Shown here: positions 1 to 8,905 of the stretch, piece by piece
Position numbering within the stretch: the stretch's first letter is position 1
How the letters are laid out: the number at the start of each line of letters is the position of its first letter
NCBI GenBank assembly: GCA_002269645.1
Contig: NIVC01000032.1
Location: 124,001-188,000, forward strand
Direction of reading: 5' to 3'
DNA from: Macrostomum lignano
Taxonomy: Eukaryota
Length of the DNA stretch: 64,000 nt
Notes under the pieces: model-generated
Databases searched by the model: none
What the model saw: only the letters and a program-made list of their open reading frames with translations
Told to the model about the DNA's origin: nothing
Position numbers and translations under genes: made by a program

Positions 1-649
1 TCGACTGGAATAAGAATATTCCAGGCCTTCACTGCGACCGTCAGCTGCTGTTCATTGCTCAGCATGACGTAGTGACAGCGACGGACTTGAGCGGTCGCAA
101 GGTGCATCGAATTTACCGCCCACACATCGAGGGCTTCGGTGACATCAGTGGAATCGGTGGCAACGCAGCCTCCGTGTTTGTGTCCAGTGAAAACAAAATT
201 GCTGCATTCAGCAAAGCGACTTGGCAGATGGAGACGGTCATCACGCTGTCTCAGCTTCCTTTTGCTTATTTAAACAACCTGGCGACTCACGACAACTGCA
301 TTCTGGTGATAGCAGGGAGCGCGATAAGGTGCACAGAGTGCGCATCGACACCCAGCAGCTGGTCGCCTCCTTCCCGACTCAGCGTTCCGGCCTCCAACAG
401 TTTGCCTTTTCAGAGGATGTGGCCGTCGACAGCAGAGGCCGCCTGTTCGTGAGTGAAAATGGTGGTCACTCAGTGCGAGCGGTGGCTGCAGACGACGGTT
501 CGCTGCTGTGGACTCTGGGCGGGAGAGTCAGCAGAGACGGCAGATTTTGGCATCCATGGGGTCTGGCGGTGGTGACGGGATGTCCGCGCGAGCAGCTGCT
601 GGTGGCTGACTGTTACAACAACAGACTACAGGTGTTCAGTGCATCCTAA
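1..649 (+). pseudogene. 5'-truncated (by window edge) NHL-repeat beta-propeller coding region, paralog of 2019-3722, with a 1-nt frameshift at ~312-313 (pseudogene or consensus error)
   Basis: Frame from nt 3 reads DWNKNIPGLHCDRQLLFIAQHDVV...THDNCILVI. The frame of ORF 221-649 continues RERDKVHRVRIDTQQ...DVAVDSRGRLFVSE...VADCYNNRLQVFSAS*. Both align codon by codon with the C-terminal part of the minus-strand ORF 2019-3722. GTG ATA GC AGG vs paralog GTG ACA GAC TGG shows the missing base. There is also an in-frame 9-nt deletion (GGG ACT CCG) near 516. Confidence 0.8.
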
Positions 650-2018
650 TTTTATTCACAGGCCGAATAATAATCAAACTGTAGTCTTACTGGAGTGATT
701 GGTTTATCGGAGGCCGGGTTTTCGTTTGACGTTTTCTTATGATAGAATTTTACATTTGATAAGCTTTGAATGATAATTGTTTATCATGTCAAATACGAGC
801 TTCATTCAGAATTTTCTATTTATTGAGTAGGAAGCACATAATTAATTAATCATGTGTATTAAAGTATTTACACTGGCTCATAACGCTTCTCTTTTTCTGT
901 TTTTCTTTTTCTAGAAGCTTCAGCACCAGAAAATGTGACTGGACTGTAAAAAAATGATTTTCAACAGAAACTTAAAAAACACATTTTTTGCCTTTGCAAA
1001 TTATTTTGGAAATTTCTAATCACGCTGTGCTGAATCAATCTCCAACTTTTGACCTTCAGATTCAGACTGCTAATTTATTTTTATCAGTCGCTCGCTTCTG
1101 CAGTTTTCTCCAAAAAGCCCCTCAGTTTGCGCTGCAACTTACTCTCGTACTTGATTCAAATGCAAACGAATTTTGACTAATTTATCTATTTTTCTTATGA
1201 AGCCTTTATCGTACCGTTTCTATGTTAGAACTGATGTCAAATATATCTGGTCATTTCTCTTTTAATCACCTCCCTCGACTCAAGGACCACTTTAGTACAA
1301 GAGGACATTAAACTGCAAGATCTTGCCAATTTTTAGAAAAGAACTGCAGATGAGAAACATCTTTTTTCCATCACAAAATCAATGATTCCATTTGATCTGG
1401 GGCAGTGACGATGGCTATTATTCTTTGTCGCAGGGCTAAGTTGTCGCAGGGCTAATTCCTATACTTAATTTTATCAATGTACTTTTGCACGAATGTACTT
1501 TTACGATTGGTAGCGTGACTACTTCTCTATCTACTTCTATATTGGTAGCGTCTACTTATCTTATTGGTGGCGTCTGTACATGTACTGTACTCTTTGACCT
1601 GAGCGGTCTAATAGCACTGTCTACTCTATTTACTCCTATAGTTTTCTCAGTCCTGGGCGTTCCCGGGATCAGAGGGTCACAGCCTATGCTCTTTCTCTGC
1701 CCTGATGCGATCTTCTCCTGCTATATGAAGCGTTTCCCCGGTCCTGAGGCGATTTATACACTCTGAGGTTATTGTCCTGAGGCAATTCTCGCTTTCTAGC
1801 GGTCTATTACTACTCTCAATATGAGGATTTTTACTCTTGTAAAAATCAAAAAATAAAAAAAAGCAAATAACCAAGTCATAAGCGATTTCAATATTACAAC
1901 GAACTAAGTTTGCTTATTAAAAACCAAGAGGCGGCAAACGTGTAAAAAGTAAAAACAAGTTACAAGGAATACCTTTTAATTTACTCGATTACATTTTAAA
2001 GGGGTTTTAAGTTCTTCT

Positions 2019-3722
2019 CTAAGCGCTGAACACCTGCAGTCTCCTGTTGTCACAGTCAGCAACCACCAGCTGCTCGCGCGGACCTCCCGTCACCACCGCC
2101 AGACTCAACGGCCTGCTGAATCTGCCGTCTCCGCTGCCTCTCTCGCCCGGAGTCCCCAGAGTCCACAGCAGCGACCCGTCGTCTGCAGCCACCGATCTCA
2201 CTGAGTGACCCCAATTTTCACTCATGAACAGGCGGCCTCTGCTGTCGACGGCCACATCATATGGAAAAGCAAACTGTTGGAGGCCGGAACGCTGAGTCGG
2301 GAAGGAGGCCACCAGCTGCTGGGTGTCAATGCGAACTCTGTGCACCTGATTGTGATTCCAGTCTGTCACCAGAATGCAGTTGTTGTGAGTCGCCATGTTG
2401 CGCAGATCAGCATCAGGAAGCTGAGAAAGCGTGATGACCGTCTCCATCTGCCAAGTCGCTTTGCTGAATACAGCAATTTCGTTTCCACTGGACACAAACA
2501 CGGAGGCTGCGTTGCCGCCGATTCCCCTGATGCCCCTGAAACCCCGAATTTGTGGGCGGAGTCGACGCACCGAGCGACCGCTCAAGTCCGTCACTGTCAC
2601 TGCGTCACGCTGAGCAATGAACAGCAGCTGACGGTCGCATTGAAGGCCCCAGATGTCCTTCCAATCGTCGCAATCGTCCAATCGTCTGTCGCAGTGGCAC
2701 CGCAGCTTCTGTGAGCCGTCCAAAGACAGCACCAGTAGATCTCTGACTGAAGAGCATGATGCCAGGATGCAGGGCTGAGGCAAAGCCTCGCTGCGGTCTC
2801 CCGCTGAGTCGATGCGAACCACACGGCCTGAGCGGTCACTAACGAATCCGCTGGTGTCGCTGCAGACAGCCAGCCATGCAACAGGACCATTCAGCTTCAC
2901 CTCGTGACTGAAGACCATCGGCTCTAACATTCTCTCTCTCTCAGCAGCGTCTATCTCCTCGGATGTCGCGGTCACCGCAGCTTCTCTCGACCAGTCGCCC
3001 TCTTCACTGCGTCCCGCACAAATGCCGACCAGCCGCTCGAGCTGGCCCAGAAGCCGCAGCTGCAGCTCCTCATTGTCGCTCTGTTCTCTGAGCAGGCGCT
3101 CTGACCTCTCAAAGTCGGCCTCCAAGTCTCCAAGCGATTCGTGCATGGACTGGACCAGGCGAAGCAGCTCCGCCATGTCGCCTGCAGTCTCCGCCGTGGC
3201 CACCTCCTGCTTGTAGCTGGAGACGTCCTCGAGGTCCCGCTCGCACACACGCACTGCCTCAAGCACACCTGAGAGCTGGCCCGTCACCCTGCTACGAAAC
3301 GAGTCGATGTGTTGCTGTACCAAATCGAATTTGTGATTGACCTCTTGCAGCTGCTGTTGGATGTCGAGAGCGAGACGACGCAGCGACTCAGCGTCTTGTC
3401 TTGGTCGCAGCAGCGCTGCACGGCTGGCTGCACCTGCTGCGCCTTGTGATTCTTGGGGGTCTTGTGAGACTTGTGACTCTTGTGACCCTTGTGAGACTTG
3501 TGACTCTTGTGACTCTTGTGAGTAGGCACGCAGCAGCTCTTCCACCTCCTCCTTGAGCTTGTATAGATTGGCCACATCGACACTGAGGTGTTGACTGCAC
3601 ATGTGGCAGCGGGAGAACGGAGCCACACCGACTGCAGCTTTGTCGCAGATGATGCAGAGAGGAGTTGGGGAAGCGGGAGGCGCGTCCGAACTCGAGCTGC
3701 CGCTGGAGCTCCTGCGGCTCAT
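2019..3722 (-). CDS. Single-ORF 567-aa degenerate B-box / coiled-coil / NHL-repeat protein (RING-less TRIM-NHL-like architecture)
   Basis: N-terminal C-x2-C-x12-C-x2-C-x2-H (CIICDKAAVGVAPFSRCHMCSQH); heptad-rich L/E/Q/R helical region (~aa 105-235); NHL signatures FAFPYDVAVDSRGRLFMSE, GDGRFSRPLSLAV, VVADCDNRRLQVF, ILVTDWNHNQVHRV. ATG context AACAATG; ATTAAA about 40 nt downstream of the stop (TTTAAT at 1975-1980 on plus). Confidence 0.85.
   Translation of the reverse strand: MSRRSSSGSSSSDAPPASPTPLCIICDKAAVGVAPFSRCHMCSQHLSVDVANLYKLKEEVEELLRAYSQESQESQVSQGSQESQVSQDPQESQGAAGAASRAALLRPRQDAESLRRLALDIQQQLQEVNHKFDLVQQHIDSFRSRVTGQLSGVLEAVRVCERDLEDVSSYKQEVATAETAGDMAELLRLVQSMHESLGDLEADFERSERLLREQSDNEELQLRLLGQLERLVGICAGRSEEGDWSREAAVTATSEEIDAAERERMLEPMVFSHEVKLNGPVAWLAVCSDTSGFVSDRSGRVVRIDSAGDRSEALPQPCILASCSSVRDLLVLSLDGSQKLRCHCDRRLDDCDDWKDIWGLQCDRQLLFIAQRDAVTVTDLSGRSVRRLRPQIRGFRGIRGIGGNAASVFVSSGNEIAVFSKATWQMETVITLSQLPDADLRNMATHNNCILVTDWNHNQVHRVRIDTQQLVASFPTQRSGLQQFAFPYDVAVDSRGRLFMSENWGHSVRSVAADDGSLLWTLGTPGERGSGDGRFSRPLSLAVVTGGPREQLVVADCDNRRLQVFSA
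3443..3523 (-). repeat. Coding 9-bp tandem repeat (9 units) encoding SQESQESQVSQGSQESQVSQDPQESQG
   Basis: Plus-strand units CTTGTGA(GA/CT/CC/GT/TT) and one CTTGGGGGT, in exact 9-bp register from 3443 to 3523. Confidence 0.9.
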
Positions 3723-4531
3723 TGTTGGATTGTCTGTGAAGAGCTGAAATGCAGATGAAGTTTTATTCAGACTTATGAAGACTTATTTAGAATTCCAAGT
3801 TACTGAGTGGGCCATGAGGGTAATTTGGATTTAATTTTTGATTGTAAGAGGATGAGAATGTTATGCCTGTGCTTCTCAGCTGCGCTAGCATTGTGGGTGG
3901 CTCTCCGTCCTATCTAATCGGAAGCCTTCTAGTAGCGTAGGTAGTGCCGCTGCCACCAGTTTCTTAGTGTCTCACCCGTCTCCTCATCGACGGGTGAGGT
4001 TGAGGATCCCGTCGGAACGAAATAAACAAGACAAGCGAACACAGCACTTCAGGCGGATTAGCAATTTCAGACTAATAGTCAGCAGATCCTGTCGGGCTCA
4101 GTGGGCTGGCTGGGAGGGCGATGCCAGCCTCCAAGCAGCCTCAGAGGTCAGGGTCTAGGTTTGCACAGGCAAGCCAATAGCAAGCGGGAATTAGAATAGC
4201 AGGCAGGAAATTAGAATGGACAGAATTGAAGACTCGAGACTCCTTGACAAAGCCAAGGGTTCGCATTTATAGGCAGAAATCTATTGCACCATCCCATGCA
4301 AGAACCCATTGCGCCAGATCGTGTGACGCTGCTTCTATTTTTAGCAATAGACGCGGAGGTTTGCATCAGAGAAGGCAAGGGGCCCGGATCACATGATTTC
4401 GCCATAAACATGGACCGATTGGACAGTGAGAAATTCACTGTAGTTCGGACTGTTGGAGAAACAGAGCTACTAGTGAAGCCACTAGTGACCGCCGCACAGA
4501 GAGCGAACCAAGAGCAGGCTTAAGCCAAGCT

Positions 4532-5125
4532 GCCCAGCGGCTGCAAACAAGAGCACAATGGGGCAGGGAAGACAGGCAGCCAAAGGGGAAAGCTGCGCCC
4601 AGCGGCTGCAAACAAGAGCACAAGGGGGCAGGGAAGACAGGCAGCCAAAGGGGAAAACTGCGCCCAGCGGCTGCAAACAAGAGCACAATGGGGCAGGGAA
4701 GACAGGCAGCCAAAGGGGAAAGCTGCGCCCAGCGGCTGCAAACAAGAGCACAATGGGGCAGGGAAGACAGGCAGCCAAAGGGGAAAGCTGCGCCCAGCGG
4801 CTGCAAACAAGAGCACAAGGGGGCAGGGAAGACAGGCAGCCAAAGGGGAAAGCTGCGCCCAGCGGCTGCAAACAAGAGCACAAGGGGGCAGGGAAGACAG
4901 GCAGCCAAAGGGGAAAGCTGCGCCCAGCGGCTGCAAACAAGAGCACAAGGGGGCAGGGAAGACAGGCAGCCAAAGGGGAAAGCTGCGCCCAGCGGCTGCA
5001 AACAAGAGCACAATGGGGCAGGGAAGACAGGCAGCCAAAGGGGAAAGCTGCGCCCAGCGGCTGCAAACAAGAGCACAATGGGGCAGGGAAGACAGGCAGC
5101 CAAAGGGGAAAGCTGCGCCCAGCGG
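4532..5125. repeat. 65-bp minisatellite (VNTR), 9 full copies plus 9 bp
   Basis: Unit GCCCAGCGGCTGCAAACAAGAGCACAA(T/G)GGGGCAGGGAAGACAGGCAGCCAAAGGGGAAAGCTGC starts at 4532, 4597, 4662 ... 5117. Copies differ only at the T/G site and at one G>A in copy 2. Confidence 0.95.
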
Positions 5126-5541
5126 GAGACGACAGCTCAGAGCGAGGGCGAGAGAAACTGCTGACTAAAGTGAGACACCACCATTAATCCAGTGGCTCAC
5201 TACAAGAACAAAGCAGGTTTTCAGGCATAATTATATTTTTACCTATAGCTACTTGTTAATTATAAAACTTACTAATTTACATTTGTACGCGTTCGCCGTT
5301 CACTTAACTGGCCATTTGTGTATGCCACCCGTTTTTTCAAGACAAAAATCTTTTACTACGGGTCCGGGTGAAACAAGTCTTGTTGTTTAAGCTATAACTC
5401 TGCTAAAAACCGATTCTCATTTTGTGCAGTTTTTTGCTTTATTATCATTTTGGACACCCACTGAAAGTCTGGCGAAAGTTTCAGAAAAATCTAAAAATCA
5501 GTACTTTTTACGTACCCAAAGCTCAAGAAGTCCCAATAATT

Positions 5542-6002
5542 CGCATCCTCCGAGAGGACCTGCAGCTGAGGTGGGCGTGTTGTGTTCAGTGTGGGTAACC
5601 CCACAACCTCACGGATGAGCAGAGCCAGATGCGAGTCAACTGTGCCACATAATTGCGACGGGTTCGGCTAGGAATAAAGGAGGAAAGGTACAATTTGTAC
5701 GTTGTGCAAGACGAGACATGGGTGTCCTGGGATCCTCATGGAACCAAGACTGACAACAGGACTTGGTTTGAGATTGGAGAGGCCCAGAAGCAGGTCGTGC
5801 GCCCGAATGCCATGATGAAGCGGAAGTCCCTGCTGATGGTCACGTTCATAGCCAACAAGCAATTCTCAGTCACTGCATTGTCTCAGGGAGAGACATTGGA
5901 TGCCCAGCAGATGGTGAGCTACCTCTGGTGATCCGGAAAACTGTGGCGTACTCTGCGCTCCTACCCAGTCCGACTGAGCGAGATCAGCTTGCAAATGGAC
6001 AA
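5542..6002 (+). mobile_element. Decayed mariner (DD34D) transposase, 5' surviving part
   Basis: RILREDLQL, then W-V-(+1 nt)-PHNLTDEQ (WVPHEL-type motif, 5592-5610), VVQDETW (first catalytic D at 5710), RKSLLMVTF, LQMDN (second D at 5998-6000). In-frame stops at 5650-5652 and 5929-5931. The N-terminal HTH region and left TIR are not found. Confidence 0.85.
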
Positions 6003-6120
6003 CCCGGGTAAAAATCAAGGTCTCCTAGTGCTAGTAGATATAGTAGCGTCCGGCCTAGATATTACCCGGCTGTCGACCTTACCCAGCAGACATCAAGGGT
6101 GCAAATTTGTTGCACATGTA

Positions 6121-7015
6121 TAGACATTGCCCCGAGACATCGTGTATTTACGACATGCCAAGACATTACCCGACACATCATTTATTTCCACGAGACATGC
6201 CGAGACACCATTTATTTCCTCAAGACATTACCCGAGACACCATTTATTTCATCGATACATTATCCGAGACATCATTTATTTCCACGAGACATGCCGAGAC
6301 ATCATTTATTTCCACGAGACATTACCCGAGACACCATTTATTTCCTCGAGACATTACCCAAGACACCATTTATTTCCACGAGACATGCCGAGACACTACC
6401 CGACACACCATTTATTTCCTCGAGACATTATCCGAGACATCATTTATTTCCATGAGACATGCCGAGACATCATTTATTTCCCCGAGACATGCCGAGACAT
6501 CATTTATTTCCTCAAGACATGCCGAGACATTACCCGACACACCATTTATTTCCACGAGACATGCCGAGACACCATTTATTTCCTCGAGACATTACCCGAG
6601 ACATTACCCAAGACACCATTTATTTCCTCGAGACATTACCCGAGACACCATATATTTCCTCGAGACATTACCCGAGACACCATTTATTTCCTCGAGACAT
6701 TACCAGAGACATTACCCGAGACACCATTTATTTCCTCGAGATATGCCGAGACATTACCCGACACATCAATTATTTCCTCAAGACATGCCGAGACATTACC
6801 CGAGATACCATTTATTTCCACGAGACATTACCCGACACATCATTTATTTCCTCAAGACATGCCGAGACATTACCCGAGACACCATTTATTTCCACGAGAC
6901 ATTACCCGACACACCATTTATTTCCACGAAACATGCCGAGACATTACCCGACACACCATTTATTTCCACGAGACATGCCGAGACATTACCCGAGACACCA
7001 TTTATTTCCTCAAAA
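6121..7015 (+). repeat. Modular subterminal tandem array (GAGACAT / GCCGAGACA / TACCCGAGACAC / CATTTATTTCC blocks)
   Basis: Recurrent blocks such as CGAGACATTACCCGAGACACCATTTATTTCCT and CACGAGACATGCCGAGACATCATTTATTTC; reverse-complement copies (ATGTCTCG) cluster at 7555-7715. Confidence 0.85.
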
Positions 7016-7177
7016 TATGAGGAGACGTATAAAAAGTATGTAAATGGAGGATAGACTGGACAGTAGCAAGTATTGTACGTGTATTTAATCGCTTGTCAAA
7101 AAATGAAATAACAAAGGCATAATTTCGCGATTGCACACTGCAGTAATACTGTATAATAAATGATATTAATGTACATA

Positions 7178-7510
7178 CAGTGGCCGTGGCGACCATGTGC
7201 ACGTGCCGAGAGTTTCGCGTCCCAAAAAGATTTCGTCTCTTATTCTGTACCACGCTGTAGACGAAAAAATGGCCGGTTGTAAGTTAAACACTTTCGGCCC
7301 CTCATAGTCTACTTACAACGGACCACTTCTTGTCTGCTTATTCGTCTAATTTTCATTTACAACACATGTTAGTTGGACTTCAAATACAACAAACAAATGC
7401 AACACTGCAAGCAAAAACAGCACAGTTGAATTCAACGAATCAAAGGTTTGCTTGTTTTCGCCTTTTGTGGGTCTCAATTTGCGAATTCGCGTCATTCCAC
7501 GCCACTGCTG
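7178..7510. mobile_element. Possible 333-bp hAT-like MITE nested in the 6003-7739 element
   Basis: Starts CAGTGGCCGTGGCG; the end reverse-complements to CAGCAGTGGCGTGG; flanks TGTACATA (7170-7177) and TGTATATA (7511-7518) are a 7/8 match for an 8-bp TSD. Confidence 0.35.
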
Positions 7511-7739
7511 TGTATATATATTATAATTAAAGAAAGTAGAAAGGAATCCCGGGGCAATGTCTTAGGACAATGTCTCGCCATGCCTAGTGAAAAATAATGT
7601 CTCGGGGCAATGTCTAAAAAGAGACACCCCACATGATGTCTCCCCAACATTTCTTCAGGACATCTTATCATGAAGATATCATGACGATTGGGGGGGGGGG
7701 TTGCAATGTCTCCGAAGCATCTTTCATTTTTTACTCGGG

Positions 7740-8109
7740 CAATGCTCGACTGCATGTTGCAAGACCCTTACGGGATTTCCTGCAAGAGCGCTCTGTCGTC
7801 GTGATTTGGCAAAGCCCCTACAGTCCCGATCTGAACCCATGTGACCAATTTCTGTTCCTTTGGCTGAAGAACGCACTCAGAGGCATGACCTTCAACAGCT
7901 GTCATGAGGTTAAAGATCCGCCTCGTTGCAGGTGTTGCGGAGCATCTCCGAAAGTGCCCTCCGAGACCAGGTGGATCTGTCCCTGGACCACTGCCAGCGC
8001 GTGATTGCTGCCAATGGACACAGCGTTACTGATTAGAGTTAAAATGTTTCATGTTTTTACCTGTTTGTTTGTCTAGAGGTAACTGACGACAAAACTTTCG
8101 TCCCCTTAG
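7740..8109 (+). mobile_element. Decayed mariner (DD34D) transposase, 3' part, with probable right TIR
   Basis: NARLHVARPLRDFLQERSVVVIWQSPYSPDLNPCDQFLFLWLKNALRG (YSPDLxPxD motif, third D). After a frameshift near 7918 it reads ASLQVLRSISESALRDQVDLSLDHCQRVIAANGHSVTD*, a mariner-type C-terminus. Ends GACGACAAAACTTTCGTCCCCTTAG followed by TA (8110-8111). Exactly 34 residues separate D2 and D3 after rejoining. Confidence 0.85.
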
Positions 8110-8128
8110 TAAGTTAAACTTAAAGTGA

Positions 8129-8245
8129 TCACAGCACAGCACACTGTAAGGATGGATTGGTCACAGCACAGCACAGCACACTGAAAGAATGGATTGGTCA
8201 ACAGCACAGCACACTATAAGGATGGATTGGTCACAGCACAGCACA
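8129..8245. repeat. Short 32-37 bp tandem repeat (3.5 copies) with CAGCA microsatellite core
   Basis: TCACAGCACAGCACACTGTAAGGATGGATTGG and variants at 8129, 8161, 8198, partial at 8231. Confidence 0.85.
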
Positions 8246-8905
8246 TTTGTGCCAACTATAATAAATCTAACAATGATTTCTTATTTATAAAACAAAAATA
8301 AACGTAAATAATAAAATAAATGATTATATTAAAAATTATGCTCGTCAACATTGGTGCTACAATATATTTATAAACGACTCTAATTCATTGACAATATTTT
8401 ATATTTCATTCACAATGATCAATGGGCAATAAAAGTTTCAATTTTGATAGTGTGCAGAGAAGGCACCGTTATAATTGTTGAGAGTATTGTTATTTCACTC
8501 AAGGCAATTACTTGGGCATGATCGGGTGATACAATACAAGACAATTAAATGCTTCCCTGGTGAAGCGCATTTCAATAATTCAGGGTTGTTAAAAAGTGCA
8601 TTATCTAATTTGTGTGTAAAAATACTATTTAATAAATTCCGACAGAGTTGAAACACACCAAACCAATAATTATTAGCAGTTTAACAATAATTTGATCTGT
8701 TCTTTGATTGAGCATTGTTCATTGGGATTAATAATTAACAATAATAAATTAGTGATAGTAATTACAATGCATTAGTTTATAATTTGCGAATTATTAGATC
8801 AAATAAATATTATTATTGAAATGCTATTGATCTAGGATCAAGAAAAACTGTAGACACAACGAACTGGGGACTTATAATCAGTCTATGGATTTGAAAAAGG
8901 TATTA

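Larger units (their letters stand above)
6003..7739. mobile_element. Non-autonomous DNA transposon (1737 bp) with CCC...GGG termini, 3-bp TSD and subterminal repeats (CMC/EnSpm-like by terminal structure)
   Basis: Left end CCCGGGTAAAAA (6003-6014) and right end TTTTTACTCGGG (7728-7739) form an 11/12 inverted match. CAA is duplicated at 6000-6002 and 7740-7742. There is a perfect 20-bp internal inverted pair, 6121-6140 TAGACATTGCCCCGAGACAT and 7597-7616. Removing the element and one CAA restores the mariner frame LQMDNARLHVAR. No transposase ORF inside. Confidence 0.8.

Noticed and set aside
1425-1790. Short direct repeats (TTGTCGCAGGGCTAA x2, TTGGTAGCGT, GTCCTGAGGC) and small ORFs between the NHL genes
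   Set aside because: Probably degraded repeat debris; no termini, TSD or recognisable protein, so no feature can be supported.
2205-3628. Short ORFs overlapping the NHL gene on both strands
   Set aside because: Alternate-frame and antisense shadows of the GC-rich 567-aa CDS.
3940-4030. Hammerhead ribozyme on the minus strand (CGATGAG ... GAAAC)
   Set aside because: The core lacks the U of CUGAUGA, and stems II and III cannot be formed.
3967-5178. 9-bp inverted match GTGTCTCAC / GTGAGACAC as TIRs of an element
   Set aside because: Too short to exceed chance, and there is no target-site duplication.
4435-5187. Five overlapping 158-222 aa ORFs on both strands
   Set aside because: All are translations of the stop-free 65-bp VNTR in rotating frames.
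5355-5535. TACTACGGGTCCGGGTG... as the left TIR of the mariner
   Set aside because: It matches the right end (TACTAAGGGGACGAAAG as reverse complement) only over the first ~9 nt; it may belong to another element.
6099-7054. ORFs of 118-315 aa (RHYPRHHLFP / ETLPETPFISS repeats)
   Set aside because: Products of the subterminal tandem array, open in all frames, with no transposase motifs.
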